Assembly (NCBI GenBank): GCA_964472655.1
Contig: CAYYLQ010000013.1
Coordinates: 6,845 to 70,844 of the forward strand
Direction of reading: 5' to 3'
Length of the DNA stretch: 64,000 nucleotides
From: an uncultured Nitrospirales bacterium
GTDB lineage: Bacteria > Nitrospirota > Nitrospiria > Nitrospirales > NS-4
The notes under the pieces are model-generated. The model was not told the origin of the DNA, did no database searches, and worked only from the letters and a program-made list of their open reading frames with translations. A program made the position numbers and the translations under genes. Shown piece after piece: positions 8,885-19,640 of the stretch (position 1 is the stretch's first letter; every line of letters begins with the position of its first letter).

Positions 8885-10603
8885 ATGGTGGAAGAAGAAG
8901 AAGCAAGACGAAGACGTCTGATCGTGGCCGCGGTCCTGATTGGGCTGGGGTTTTTCATCGTCATAGGCCGTCTGTTCCACCTTCAAGTGCTGCGTGCGGA
9001 GGAGTTCACGCAGCTGGCCGATCGCCAGCACCAGAAGACGCTCGCGGTAGAAGCGGGGCGTGGAGCCATCTACGATCGGAGCGGTAAAATCTTAGCGATC
9101 AATATGGATGTGCCATCGGTCTTCGGCGCTCCGAAATATGTGTCGGATCCGCGGACGACGGCCGTCCGGCTCAGCCGCGTTCTGAAAACCGATGTGCGGC
9201 AGCTGGAGTCCAGGCTCAAGAGCGAGCGAGACTTCGTCTGGCTGGCGCGCCGGCTTGAACCGGAGCGGGCGGAAGGACTGCAAGGGCTGTCCCTGGACGG
9301 TATCGGAGTGATCCCGGAGGGCCGCCGCTTCTATCCCAAGGGCACCATGCTGTCCCACGTCCTTGGGTTTGCGAACATCGACAATCAGGGCCAGGAAGGT
9401 CTGGAGCGGCGATACGACGCCCAGCTTCGCGGCGAGCGCGGCCATCTTGTTGTGGAACGGGACGCCTTCGGCGGTTCCGTCTTTCCGAAGGAACTGAACT
9501 ACGTCGCCCCGTCGCCGGGGAATGACCTCGTCCTCACGATAGACGAAGTCATCCAGTACGTCGCCGAACAGGAAATCGACGAAGTGGTCACGCGCACGCG
9601 GGCGGCCTCAGGGATCGCGATTGTGGTGGAGCCGAAGACCGGCGCGATCCTGGCCTTGGCGATGCGGCCGACGTTCAACCCGAACGCTCCCAAGGGAGAC
9701 GCGAACCTGTGGCGGAACCGCGCCGTCAGCGACTCCTACGAACCAGGCTCGACGTTCAAGCTCATCGCCGCCGCGGCCGCGCTCGAAGAAAAACTGGCTA
9801 CGCCGGACGAACTCATCTTCGGCGAGGACGGCCAGTTCGTAGTCGAGAACACCGTCGTGCATGACCACCACAAGAACGGCTGGATGACGTTTGCCCAGAT
9901 CATCCAGAAGTCCAGCAACATCGGCATGATCAAGGTGGCCCAGCGTCTGGGGCCGGACAAGCTCGCCCGGTACGTCAACGCCTTCGGGTTCGGGCAGAAG
10001 ACGGACGTGGATTTGAGCGGGGAACAGCGGGGGCTCACCAAGGAGCCGCAAGCCTGGGGCCGCCGCACGCTGGCCTCGATCGCCATGGGGCAGGAGATTG
10101 GCGTGACGCCGATGCAGTTGGTGATGGCGGTGTCGGCCATCGCGAACGGCGGGTCGCTCATGCGTCCCTTCGTGGTCTCGGAGGTCCGGACGCCCGCCGG
10201 AGAGACCGTCGCCCACGTCGAGCCGGTCGTCCGGCGCCGTTCCATCTCGGTGGAGACCGCCAGGATCATGACCGACATCCTGCGCGGCGCCGTATTGCCA
10301 GGCGGCACGGGCACGCTGGCGGCGGTGCCTGGATACGACGTGGCCGGCAAGACCGGCACCGCGCAGAAGACGGACCCGCTGACCGGCGGCTATTCGGCCA
10401 CGCGGACGGTCAGCTCGTTTGCGGGCTTTCTTCCGGCGGACGATCCGAAGCTGTGCATCCTGGTGATGGTGGATGAACCGCAAACCGCCCATTGGGGCGG
10501 GACCGTGGCGGCGCCCGTCTTCCGGCGGATCGCGGCTCAAGCGGTTCGGCATCTCGGCATTCTGCCGAAAGCGGAGGAGAACCAGATTCTTGCGGCGCGA
10601 TGA
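8885..10603 (+). CDS. ftsI: division transpeptidase PBP3
   Basis: RGAIYDR, EPGSTFK, SSN, KTGTAQK. Confidence 0.93.
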   Translation: MVEEEEARRRRLIVAAVLIGLGFFIVIGRLFHLQVLRAEEFTQLADRQHQKTLAVEAGRGAIYDRSGKILAINMDVPSVFGAPKYVSDPRTTAVRLSRVLKTDVRQLESRLKSERDFVWLARRLEPERAEGLQGLSLDGIGVIPEGRRFYPKGTMLSHVLGFANIDNQGQEGLERRYDAQLRGERGHLVVERDAFGGSVFPKELNYVAPSPGNDLVLTIDEVIQYVAEQEIDEVVTRTRAASGIAIVVEPKTGAILALAMRPTFNPNAPKGDANLWRNRAVSDSYEPGSTFKLIAAAAALEEKLATPDELIFGEDGQFVVENTVVHDHHKNGWMTFAQIIQKSSNIGMIKVAQRLGPDKLARYVNAFGFGQKTDVDLSGEQRGLTKEPQAWGRRTLASIAMGQEIGVTPMQLVMAVSAIANGGSLMRPFVVSEVRTPAGETVAHVEPVVRRRSISVETARIMTDILRGAVLPGGTGTLAAVPGYDVAGKTGTAQKTDPLTGGYSATRTVSSFAGFLPADDPKLCILVMVDEPQTAHWGGTVAAPVFRRIAAQAVRHLGILPKAEENQILAAR

Positions 10604-12090
10604 GACTGCGAGACTTAGTGAGACCGCTCGGCGAGATGGTCGCGCACGGCGATCTGGATCGGGAGATCACGGGGCTGACGGATGACTCGCGGCGGGTGTC
10701 TCCAGGAGAACTGTTCGTGGCGGTGAAGGGCACACAGTCGGACGGCCATCGGTACCTGAACCAGGCCCTGTCCGCGGGCGCGGGGGCGCTGGTTGTCGAA
10801 GCAGGACACGTGCCGGCCGGCACCCTGGATGCGCTCGGCGTGCCCGTCGTTGAGGTCCGCGATTCGCGGCATGTCCTGGGTGTCCTGGCCAGCCGTTTTC
10901 ACGGCGAGCCATCGCAACGGCTCAAGTTGATCGGCGTGACCGGCACCAACGGCAAGACGACCACGACCTATCTCTGCAAATCCGTGCTGGAGGCCGCGGG
11001 CGCCAAGGTGGGCCTGGTCGGGACCGTGGCGTACCTGATCGGGAACGAACGGATCGAAGCGACCCACACGACGCCGGGCGCTGTGGAATTGCAGGGACTC
11101 TTCAGGAGGATGGTCGACGCCGCGGATGATGCGGCGGTGATGGAAGTCTCCTCCCACGCGCTCGCGCTTGATCGGACGGCGGGCTGCGAGTTCGGGACGG
11201 CGGTGTTCACCAATCTCACCCAGGATCATCTGGATTTCCATGCCGACATGGAAGACTACTTTCAAACGAAGCTGAGGCTCTTCGCGGGGCTCGGACCTGA
11301 AAGGCGAGCCGTCGTGAACATCGACGATTCCTATGGCGTCCGTGTCACGGCGGCGACCAGGGCGCACACCTGGACCTACGCCGTCGATAGGCCCGCCGAC
11401 CTTCGCGCCGAGGATGTCCGGATCTCGCTGGAAGGAGTGCGGTTCACGGCGCGCACGCCGGTCGGAGCCGTCGCCCTCCGCTCTCCTTTGGTGGGGCGCC
11501 ACAATGTCTACAATATTCTTGCAGCCGTCGGCGTCGGGTTGGAGCGGGGGATTGCTCTGCCGACGATCGCGGCGGGCGTCGCCAGCCTCACGAACGTGCC
11601 GGGACGGTTCGAACGGGTCGAGGCCGGCCAACCCTTCACGGTCGTCGTCGACTACGCGCATACCGAAGACGCCCTGTTCCGACTGCTTACCACGGCGGAG
11701 GCGGTCAAGACGGGGCGGATCATCACGGTGTTCGGCTGCGGCGGCGATCGGGACCGAAGCAAGCGGCCCAAGATGGGGCGGATCAGCGCGGTCTACAGCG
11801 ACATCGTGGTGGTGACCTCCGACAACCCCCGAACCGAGGCCCCCGAGGCCATCATCGGCGAAGTGGTCCCCGGCGTTCAGGCCGGCTTGCGGGAGGCGGG
11901 TCGGGGCCGATACGTCGTCCAGGCGGACCGCCGCGCCGCGATCGAGGAGGCCGTGCGGATGGCGCAGCCGGGTGATCTGGTGCTGATCGCGGGGAAGGGC
12001 CACGAGACGTATCAGGTTATCGGAAAAAGCAAATACCCGTTCGACGATCGCGTAGTGGCGCGCGAGGCGATCGAGGCTCTGCAGCGATGA
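10600..12090 (+). CDS. murE: UDP-MurNAc-tripeptide synthetase (meso-DAP type)
   Basis: GTNGKTT, MEVSSH, DNPR motif, AGKGHE. Confidence 0.95.
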   Translation: MRLRDLVRPLGEMVAHGDLDREITGLTDDSRRVSPGELFVAVKGTQSDGHRYLNQALSAGAGALVVEAGHVPAGTLDALGVPVVEVRDSRHVLGVLASRFHGEPSQRLKLIGVTGTNGKTTTTYLCKSVLEAAGAKVGLVGTVAYLIGNERIEATHTTPGAVELQGLFRRMVDAADDAAVMEVSSHALALDRTAGCEFGTAVFTNLTQDHLDFHADMEDYFQTKLRLFAGLGPERRAVVNIDDSYGVRVTAATRAHTWTYAVDRPADLRAEDVRISLEGVRFTARTPVGAVALRSPLVGRHNVYNILAAVGVGLERGIALPTIAAGVASLTNVPGRFERVEAGQPFTVVVDYAHTEDALFRLLTTAEAVKTGRIITVFGCGGDRDRSKRPKMGRISAVYSDIVVVTSDNPRTEAPEAIIGEVVPGVQAGLREAGRGRYVVQADRRAAIEEAVRMAQPGDLVLIAGKGHETYQVIGKSKYPFDDRVVAREAIEALQR

Positions 12091-13517
12091 CCGTCGCGCT
12101 GGAGCCAGCGGGATGTACGGAATCAACAACGGACGACACGGTGGCCCTCTTCACAGGCGCTGAAATAGCCGCGATCACCGAAGGCGTGCTCGCTCAGGGT
12201 TCGCCCGGAACGGCGATCCGGCGCGTGTGGACGGATTCGCGGACGGTCCGGCGTGGCGACCTCTTTGTGGCGTTGACCGGCGCGCGTTTCGATGGGCACC
12301 AGTTTGTCGCGGAGGCGCTCAAGAAAGGTGCCGTCGGGGCCCTTGTGCGGCGTGGATTCAAGCTCCCCGGAACGGCTCTCTTGATCGAGGTCAACGAGTC
12401 CCTCCGCGCGTTTCAGGAAGTGGCGCGCGCGTACCGGCGGCGGTTCGACATTCCGGTGGTGGCGGTCAGCGGGAGCAACGGCAAGACAACGACGAAGGAC
12501 ATGATCGCCGCCATCCTGGCCGAACGATTCGTGACGCTGAAGACTGAAGGCAATCTCAACAACCACATCGGAGTGCCGCAGACGCTGCTGCGCCTGGCGC
12601 CGCGCCATGAGGCGGCGGTCATTGAGATGGGCATCAGCAGGCCGGGGGAAATGGCGCGTCTCTGCGAGATCGCCGAGCCGACACACGGCGTGTTGACGAA
12701 CATAGGCCCGACCCATTTGGAAACGCTCGGAGACGTGCGCACGGTGGCCCGCGCCAAAGGCGAGATGCTTGTCGCGCTGCCGCCCGACGGGACGGCCGTT
12801 CTCAATGCCGACGACGCTTTTTACGGCGAACTCTGCGCGCGGGTACGGGGACGCGTCCGCTCGTTCGGGTTTTCCGAGCGAGCCGATGTGCGGGCCCTTG
12901 ACGTCGAGACGCGGGGGCCGTCCTCCACGATCCTGCGCGTCGGCGTGCGCGATCGCGCCCGCCCGTTTTCGGTCAGCCTGGCGGTCGCGGGCGCCCACAA
13001 TGTCGCCAACGCGCTGGCCGCGGCGGCGGCGGGACTCGCCGTCGGGGTCGGCGAAGGCGCGATTCGTACGGGCCTCGCCCGCTATCGTCCGGCCAACATG
13101 CGCTCCGAGGTGCGCCGGTGGCGGGGCGTGACGGTGCTGAACGATTGCTACAACGCCAACCCGGCATCCATGCGGGCCGCTCTCCGGTGGTTGAGCGAGG
13201 TCAAGGGAACCGGCCGGGCGATTGCCGTGTTGGGCGACATGCTGGAACTCGGTGGAGAGACCCAGCAGGCCCATCGGGAGATCGGGGTGGAGGTGGTGCG
13301 CCTGGGGACCGACTATCTGTTGACGGTCGGAGCGTCGGCGGCCGGCATTGCGGAAGGCGCGCGCGGGGCAGGGATGCCGGCAGGCTGCGTGATCACGGCG
13401 CCGGACCATGGCGTCCTGGCCGGGCGGCTCCGGGGGATTCTTCGCAAGGGCGACGTGTTGCTCCTTAAGGGCTCGCGCGGGGCGCGGATGGAACGCGTGC
13501 TGGAGGCGCTGGGATAA
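12087..13517 (+). CDS. murF: UDP-MurNAc-pentapeptide synthetase
   Basis: GSNGKTTTK, NLNNHIG, NDCYNANP, KGSRG. Confidence 0.95.
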   Translation: MTVALEPAGCTESTTDDTVALFTGAEIAAITEGVLAQGSPGTAIRRVWTDSRTVRRGDLFVALTGARFDGHQFVAEALKKGAVGALVRRGFKLPGTALLIEVNESLRAFQEVARAYRRRFDIPVVAVSGSNGKTTTKDMIAAILAERFVTLKTEGNLNNHIGVPQTLLRLAPRHEAAVIEMGISRPGEMARLCEIAEPTHGVLTNIGPTHLETLGDVRTVARAKGEMLVALPPDGTAVLNADDAFYGELCARVRGRVRSFGFSERADVRALDVETRGPSSTILRVGVRDRARPFSVSLAVAGAHNVANALAAAAAGLAVGVGEGAIRTGLARYRPANMRSEVRRWRGVTVLNDCYNANPASMRAALRWLSEVKGTGRAIAVLGDMLELGGETQQAHREIGVEVVRLGTDYLLTVGASAAGIAEGARGAGMPAGCVITAPDHGVLAGRLRGILRKGDVLLLKGSRGARMERVLEALG

Positions 13518-14593
13518 TGCTTTATCTTTTGCTCTACCCGCTCCATACGCAGTTCTCGATCTTCAACGTCTTCCGCTACCTGAGTTTCCGGATCATCTAT
13601 GCCGCGCTCACGGCTTTTTTACTGGTGTTCGTCCTGGCGCCGCCGCTCATCCGCGAGTTGCAGAGCTACGGCATCGGGCAGAAGATCCGCGACGACGGTC
13701 CCAGCCGGCACCAGGTGAAAGGGGGGACTCCCACCATGGGCGGCGTACTGATTCTGTTCGCGGTGATCCTCGCGACGCTGCTCTGGACCGACTTGACAAG
13801 TCGCTACGTCTGGCTGGCGGTGTTCGCGATGATCAGCTTCGGCGCGGTCGGCTTCTGGGACGATTATCTCAAGACCGTCCGGGGCAGAAATCAGGGGCTG
13901 ACGGCCGCGCAGAAGATCGTCGCGCAAGCCGTCGTCGCGCTCGGCATCGGCGCGTTGTTCTATTCCCTGCCGGCCTATTCCACGAAGCTGAGCGTGCCCT
14001 TCTTCAAGGCGTTCACCCCCGACATCGGGCTGTTTTACATTCCCTTCGCCGTCTTGGTCATCGTGGGGGCCTCCAATGCCGTCAATCTCACGGACGGGCT
14101 GGACGGGCTGGCCATCGGGCCGATCATGGTCGCCGCCATGGCCTATACGGTCGTGGCTTATGTATCGGGGCACAAAGTCTTTGCCGACTACCTCCTGATT
14201 CCCTACATCGAAGGCTCGGGAGAACTCGCGATCTTTACCGGGTCCATCGTCGGCGCCAGCCTGGGGTTCCTCTGGTTCAACACCTATCCGGCGTCGGTGT
14301 TCATGGGAGACGTGGGCTCGCTGCCGCTGGGCGCGGCGCTCGGCACCGTCGCGGTCATCAGCAAGCATGAGCTGCTGCTGGTGCTGGTCGGTGGCGTGTT
14401 CGTGATCGAGGCGCTTTCGGTGATCTTCCAGGTGGTGTCGTACAAATCGCGGGGCAAGCGGGTCTTTCTCATGGCGCCCATTCATCATCATTTCGAGCTG
14501 AAGGGCTGGGAAGAGCCCAAGGTGGTGGTGCGTCTGTGGATCATCGCCATGCTGCTGGCCTTGTTCAGTCTGAGCACGTTGAAGTTGCGATGA
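13517..14593 (+). CDS. mraY: phospho-MurNAc-pentapeptide transferase
   Basis: TPTMGG, NLTDGLDG, FMGDVG, APIHHHFE. Confidence 0.96.
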   Translation: MLYLLLYPLHTQFSIFNVFRYLSFRIIYAALTAFLLVFVLAPPLIRELQSYGIGQKIRDDGPSRHQVKGGTPTMGGVLILFAVILATLLWTDLTSRYVWLAVFAMISFGAVGFWDDYLKTVRGRNQGLTAAQKIVAQAVVALGIGALFYSLPAYSTKLSVPFFKAFTPDIGLFYIPFAVLVIVGASNAVNLTDGLDGLAIGPIMVAAMAYTVVAYVSGHKVFADYLLIPYIEGSGELAIFTGSIVGASLGFLWFNTYPASVFMGDVGSLPLGAALGTVAVISKHELLLVLVGGVFVIEALSVIFQVVSYKSRGKRVFLMAPIHHHFELKGWEEPKVVVRLWIIAMLLALFSLSTLKLR

Positions 14594-15978
14594 GTGTGAT
14601 GATGAGCGAACAGACGTCGCTGGAAGTCGCCGGGAAGAGGGTCGCCGTCATTGGGCTGGGACGGAGCGGCCAGGCGGCGGTCCGTCTGCTCCAGCGTCTG
14701 GGCGCACACGTGACCGTCGCGGATCAGAAGCCGTCGTCGGATTTGACGGCCGCGTTGGGCGGACTTCCCACCGGAACGGTGGAGATTCACGGCGCCGGGG
14801 ACTATGAATCGGCGCTGCACGGAGCGGAGGTCGTGGTAGTCAGCCCGGGTGTGCCGTTGACGCTCGATCCCCTTCGACGGGCGCATGCGTCCGGCGTGCG
14901 CATCATCGGGGAACTGGAACTCGCATCGCGCCATATCACGGGGAGGATTCTCGCGGTGACCGGGACGAACGGGAAAAGCACGACGGTGACGTGGATCGGC
15001 GAATTGCTGCGGGGCGCGGGCTACGATCCGTTCGTCGGCGGCAACCTGGGAACGCCGCTGGCAGAAGCGGCCCTGGCTTCGCTCGACGGCAAGGCCTGGG
15101 ACCTCGTGGTTGCCGAAGTGTCCAGCTTTCAACTGGAGACGATCGAGACGTTTCGTCCCTGGATCGGAGCGATCCTGAACGTCACGCCGGACCATCTCGA
15201 CCGCTATCCCTCCATGGAGACGTATGCCGCGGCCAAGCTGCGGCTGTTTGAAAATCAAGACGACGCGGACTATGCGGTCCGCAACGCCGATGATCTTTGG
15301 CTGTCGCGCTTGTCAGTGGTCTCGCGCGGCGCGCGGATCGAGTTCAGCCGGACCCGTGCGGTCGAGCGGGGGGTGCACTTGGACGGGGATGTGATTGTGT
15401 CGAATCTGTACGGGCGACGCGATGAAGTGTGCCGGGTAGGCGCATTACAGGTCAGGGGCGCGCACAACATTGAGAACGCGATGGCCGCCGCCGCCGTGGC
15501 CTCGCTCGCCGGCTGTCCCATGGAAGCCGTCACCCGGGGATTGCCAACCTTCCGCGGGCTGGAGCATGTCATGGAGGTCGTCCGCGTCCTGCGCGGCGTG
15601 GCTTACATCAACGATTCCAAGGGCACTAATGTGGATGCGACGATCAAAGCCCTGGAGAGCGTGCCGGCTCCCGTCATTCTGATCGCCGGCGGCAGGGAGA
15701 AGGGCGGCGAGTATCCGGGGCTGGCCGAGGCGGTCCGGCGCAAGGCCAAGCGGGTCATCCTGCTCGGCGAGGCGCGCGCCCGTCTGCGCAAGGTCCTGGC
15801 GGGAGCCTGCCCGCTCACGGAGGCCGCTACCCTGGCCGAGGCGGTTCGGGATGCGGCGGCGGCGGCGACTGCGGGCGATACCGTACTGCTGTCTCCGGCT
15901 TGCGCCAGCTTCGACATGTTCACAGACTATAAGGAGCGAGGACATCGGTTCAAGGAGTCGGTGCATGGGCTGGGCTGA
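14590..15978 (+). CDS. murD: UDP-MurNAc-L-Ala:D-Glu ligase
   Basis: GLGRSG, GTNGKST, EVSSFQL, NDSKGTN, SPACASFD. Confidence 0.95.
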   Translation: MSVMMSEQTSLEVAGKRVAVIGLGRSGQAAVRLLQRLGAHVTVADQKPSSDLTAALGGLPTGTVEIHGAGDYESALHGAEVVVVSPGVPLTLDPLRRAHASGVRIIGELELASRHITGRILAVTGTNGKSTTVTWIGELLRGAGYDPFVGGNLGTPLAEAALASLDGKAWDLVVAEVSSFQLETIETFRPWIGAILNVTPDHLDRYPSMETYAAAKLRLFENQDDADYAVRNADDLWLSRLSVVSRGARIEFSRTRAVERGVHLDGDVIVSNLYGRRDEVCRVGALQVRGAHNIENAMAAAAVASLAGCPMEAVTRGLPTFRGLEHVMEVVRVLRGVAYINDSKGTNVDATIKALESVPAPVILIAGGREKGGEYPGLAEAVRRKAKRVILLGEARARLRKVLAGACPLTEAATLAEAVRDAAAAATAGDTVLLSPACASFDMFTDYKERGHRFKESVHGLG

Positions 15979-17119
15979 TCAACAGGCCATGACACTGCGC
16001 TGGCCGGACGCCGGCGTGGCCGAACGTCCCCGGCGCGGGGATCAAACCATCCTGTTGGTGACGCTTCTCCTCGTCGCCGTCGGTCTGGGCATGATTTACA
16101 GCGCGAGCGGTGTCATGGCCCACAAACGTTTCGGCGATGCCTCGTATTTTCTCAAACGGCAAATGCTCTGGCTCGTGGTCGGCCTGGTATGTCTGCTGGC
16201 CGTGGCGAGGACCGACCTGAACACGCTCCGGCGATGGGCGGTGCCGCTGCTGTTTCTGGGCCTGCTCGGGATCGTGCTGGTGCTGATCCCCGGCGTCGGC
16301 GTCACGGTCAAGGGCGCACGCCGCTGGCTGCGGATCGGCACGTGGACGATCCAGCCGTCCGAGCTGATGAAAGTGGGACTTCTCCTCTACATGGCGCATT
16401 ACCTGGCGAAGAAAGGCTCCCGCCTCGACGATTTTTGGCGCGGTTTTATGCCGCCGCTGGTCGTGACCGGCGCGATCATCGGGCTCGTCCTGATCGAGCC
16501 GGACATGGGCACCGCCGCCGTGATTGGGCTGGTGACGCTGGGCTTGCTGTTCGCCGGGGGGGCGCGCCTGGGCCATCTGATGCTGATCGGTCTCGCGGTC
16601 CTGCCCGTGCTCTATCTGCTCGTCATGCGGGTGGCGTACCGCCGCCAGCGCATCTTGAGTTTCCTGGACCCCTGGAGCGACCCTACCGGATCGGGGTTCC
16701 AGGTGATCCAGTCGTTTCTCGCGCTGGGCAGCGGAGGCCTGTCCGGCGTAGGGCTGGGGGAGGGCCGGCAGAAGCTGTTCTATCTGCCGGAGCCGCACAC
16801 CGATTTCGTGCTGTCGGCGCTCGGCGAGGAAGCGGGATTTCTGGGCACGATCGCGGTGCTGTTGCTGCTCGGGTGGTTCGTGGCGAGAGGCTTCGCGATC
16901 GCCCTGGAAGCCGACGATCCCTTCGCCCGGTATCTGGCCTTGGGCGTCAGCTTTTTTGTCGGCTTCCATACGTTGATCAACGTGGGGGTGATCACGGGGC
17001 TGCTGCCCACGAAGGGCTTGACGCTGCCGTTCCTGAGTTACGGGGGGTCGTCCCTGGTGGTCAACATGATCGGGACCGGGCTCCTCATCGCGGTTTCCCG
17101 GAACCGGCCGCCGATTTGA
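15965..17119 (+). CDS. ftsW: SEDS peptidoglycan polymerase FtsW
   Basis: GARRW, QPSELMK, LPEPHTDF, PFLSYGGSS. Confidence 0.94.
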   Translation: MGWADQQAMTLRWPDAGVAERPRRGDQTILLVTLLLVAVGLGMIYSASGVMAHKRFGDASYFLKRQMLWLVVGLVCLLAVARTDLNTLRRWAVPLLFLGLLGIVLVLIPGVGVTVKGARRWLRIGTWTIQPSELMKVGLLLYMAHYLAKKGSRLDDFWRGFMPPLVVTGAIIGLVLIEPDMGTAAVIGLVTLGLLFAGGARLGHLMLIGLAVLPVLYLLVMRVAYRRQRILSFLDPWSDPTGSGFQVIQSFLALGSGGLSGVGLGEGRQKLFYLPEPHTDFVLSALGEEAGFLGTIAVLLLLGWFVARGFAIALEADDPFARYLALGVSFFVGFHTLINVGVITGLLPTKGLTLPFLSYGGSSLVVNMIGTGLLIAVSRNRPPI

Positions 17120-17126
17120 TCGTCGG

Positions 17127-18263
17127 ATGCGCGTGATCATTGCAGCCGGGGGCACCGGCGGCCATCTGTATCCGGGGGTGGCGTTGGCCCGCGAGTTCGA
17201 GCGGCAGAGGCCCGGCAGCGAGGCGATCTTTGTGGGAACGACGCGTGGATTGGAGACGAAAGTGGTGCCGAAAGAGGGCTTCGAATTGATTACGGTCGCG
17301 GCGCGGGGAGTCATGGGCAAAGGTACCGGCGGAGCGGTGCAAGGCCTGGCGATGGTTCCGCTCGGCGTCGCGCAGTGCCTTGCGGTCTGCCGGAAGCGGA
17401 GGCCCGACCTCGCGATCGGCGTCGGCGGCTATACGAGTCCGCCGCTGATCTTGGCGGCGTTTCTCCTGGGGATCAAGCGCGTCATCGTGGAGCCGAACGT
17501 TCATCCCGGCGTGGCCAATCGCGCGCTCTCGCCGATCGCGAACCTCATATTCGTGTCGTTCGCGGACACGGCCTCCTATTTCGGATCGGCTAAGACCCGG
17601 ATCGTGGGCACGCCGATCCGCCGCGAGTTTCTGGAGGTGCCGGCTGGGGACTCTGAAGCAAAAGGCCTGACAGTACTGGTTCTCGGCGGCAGCCAGGGCG
17701 CCCGTTCTATCAACCGGGCGATGGTCGTGGCCTTGCCCGCGTTGATCGCCGCGCATCCCGGCCTGCGGGTGATCCATCAGACCGGCGAACGCGACTACGA
17801 AGATGTGGCCTCCGCCTACCGAAGTTACCGGACGGCAAATCAATCTCCCGCCCAGATCGAAGCCGTGCCGTTCCTCTACGACATGCCGCGCCGGTTCCGG
17901 CAGGCGGACCTGATCATCAGCCGGTCGGGTGCGACGACGGTGGCCGAGATCACGGCGTGCGGAAAGCCGGCCATCCTGGTTCCGTTTCCCCATGCCGTCC
18001 ACGGGCACCAGGAATGGAACGCCCGCGTGCTGGAACGGGCCGGCGCGGCCCAGGTGATCGTGGACGCGCGTCTCTCCGGCGAGGCGCTGGCGAATGCGGT
18101 CTCGGCCCTGCTCGCGCGGCCCGACCGTTTGCGCGAGATGGCACGATGCAGCAAGTCATTGGGGCAGGCCGATGCGGCGGAGCGCATCGTGTCGGCATGC
18201 CGGGAGCTGGTGGGTGCGGGAGGGGCGTCCGCAGACGGGGCCCCCTCCCGTGGAATGGACTGA
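17127..18263 (+). CDS. murG: lipid II GlcNAc transferase
   Basis: GGTGGHLYP, GGSQGA, RSGATTVAE. Confidence 0.95.
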   Translation: MRVIIAAGGTGGHLYPGVALAREFERQRPGSEAIFVGTTRGLETKVVPKEGFELITVAARGVMGKGTGGAVQGLAMVPLGVAQCLAVCRKRRPDLAIGVGGYTSPPLILAAFLLGIKRVIVEPNVHPGVANRALSPIANLIFVSFADTASYFGSAKTRIVGTPIRREFLEVPAGDSEAKGLTVLVLGGSQGARSINRAMVVALPALIAAHPGLRVIHQTGERDYEDVASAYRSYRTANQSPAQIEAVPFLYDMPRRFRQADLIISRSGATTVAEITACGKPAILVPFPHAVHGHQEWNARVLERAGAAQVIVDARLSGEALANAVSALLARPDRLREMARCSKSLGQADAAERIVSACRELVGAGGASADGAPSRGMD

Positions 18264-18272
18264 CGTGCCGCG

Positions 18273-19640
18273 ATGTTCAGGAAGATCCAGCATATCCATT
18301 TCGTCGGCATCGGTGGGGCCGGGATGAGCGGCATTGCGGAGGTGCTCTTGACCCTCGGCTATCACGTCACCGGATCGGACGTGCATGAATCCGAAACAGT
18401 CCAGAGGATCCGCGCGCTCGGCGGCACCGTCTTCATCGGGCATGACGCCGTGAACATCGGCTCCGCGCAGGTGGTCGTGATCTCCGCGGCGGTCTCCCCG
18501 ACGAACCCCGAAGTCCTGGCCGCCAAGGCCAAGATCGTGCCGGTCATCCCGCGCGCCGAGATGCTGGCCGAGCTCATGCGGCTCAAATACGGCGTGGCCA
18601 TCGCCGGCGCGCACGGCAAGACCACCACGACCTCGCTCGTCGCGAACGTGCTGGCGGAAGGCGGACTCGATCCCACGATCGTGATCGGAGGCAAGGTCAA
18701 CGCGCTGGGCAGCCACGCGCGGCTGGGACGCGGCGATCTGTTGGTTGCCGAAGCGGACGAGAGCGACGGGTCGTTCATGAAGCTCTCACCGACCGTCGTG
18801 GTCGTGACCAACGTGGATCAGGAGCACCTGGACTACTACAAGACCATGGAGCGGCTCTGCGAGGCCTTCCTGGACTTCATCAACAAGGTTCCCTTCTACG
18901 GCTTGGCGGTCCTCTGCGCCGACGATCCGCATCTTGGCGCGCTCCTGCCCCGCGTGGCCAAGCGGTACCAGACGTATGGCTTGACGGCGGCGGCCGATCT
19001 GGTCGGCTCCGACATCGAACTCCACGTCGGCGTTGCGGAATTCTCGGCAAGTCTGCGCGGGGAGTCGCTGGGCCGGTTCCGCGTGGCGATGCCGGGCAAG
19101 CATAACGTCTGCAACGCGCTGGCGGCGATCGCCGTCGGCCTGGAACTGGGCGTGTCCATTCCGCACATCCGGCAGGCACTGGAGGGGTTCCGGGGAGTCG
19201 AGCGGCGATTCCAGATCCTGGGCGAGAAGGGCGGGATCATGGTAGTGGACGACTACGGGCACCATCCGACGGAGATCAAAGCGACGCTCGCCGCGGCCAA
19301 GAACGGTTGGGGCCGGCGCCTCGTGGTGCTCTTCCAGCCGCATCGGTTCACCCGGACGCGGGACTTGCTCAACGAATTCCCCCAGGCGTTCCGGCAGGCG
19401 GACCAGTTGTTTCTCACCGACATCTACCCGGCGGGAGAAGCGCCGATTCCCGGCGTGACCGGCGAGCGGCTCGCCGAAGCCGTCCGGGCGGCCGGAACGC
19501 CGCCGATGACCTATATCCCCCGGAAGGATCGGCTTGTCGAGGCGGTGATCCCGCATCTGAAGCCGGGCGACGTGGTGGTGGCGCTGGGGGCCGGCGATAT
19601 CGGCCAGATCGGCCGGGCGCTCTACGAACGGTTGGGATGA
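18273..19640 (+). CDS. murC: UDP-MurNAc:L-Ala ligase
   Basis: GIGGAGMSG, GAHGKTTTT, EADESDGSF, DDYGHHPTE. Confidence 0.96.
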   Translation: MFRKIQHIHFVGIGGAGMSGIAEVLLTLGYHVTGSDVHESETVQRIRALGGTVFIGHDAVNIGSAQVVVISAAVSPTNPEVLAAKAKIVPVIPRAEMLAELMRLKYGVAIAGAHGKTTTTSLVANVLAEGGLDPTIVIGGKVNALGSHARLGRGDLLVAEADESDGSFMKLSPTVVVVTNVDQEHLDYYKTMERLCEAFLDFINKVPFYGLAVLCADDPHLGALLPRVAKRYQTYGLTAAADLVGSDIELHVGVAEFSASLRGESLGRFRVAMPGKHNVCNALAAIAVGLELGVSIPHIRQALEGFRGVERRFQILGEKGGIMVVDDYGHHPTEIKATLAAAKNGWGRRLVVLFQPHRFTRTRDLLNEFPQAFRQADQLFLTDIYPAGEAPIPGVTGERLAEAVRAAGTPPMTYIPRKDRLVEAVIPHLKPGDVVVALGAGDIGQIGRALYERLG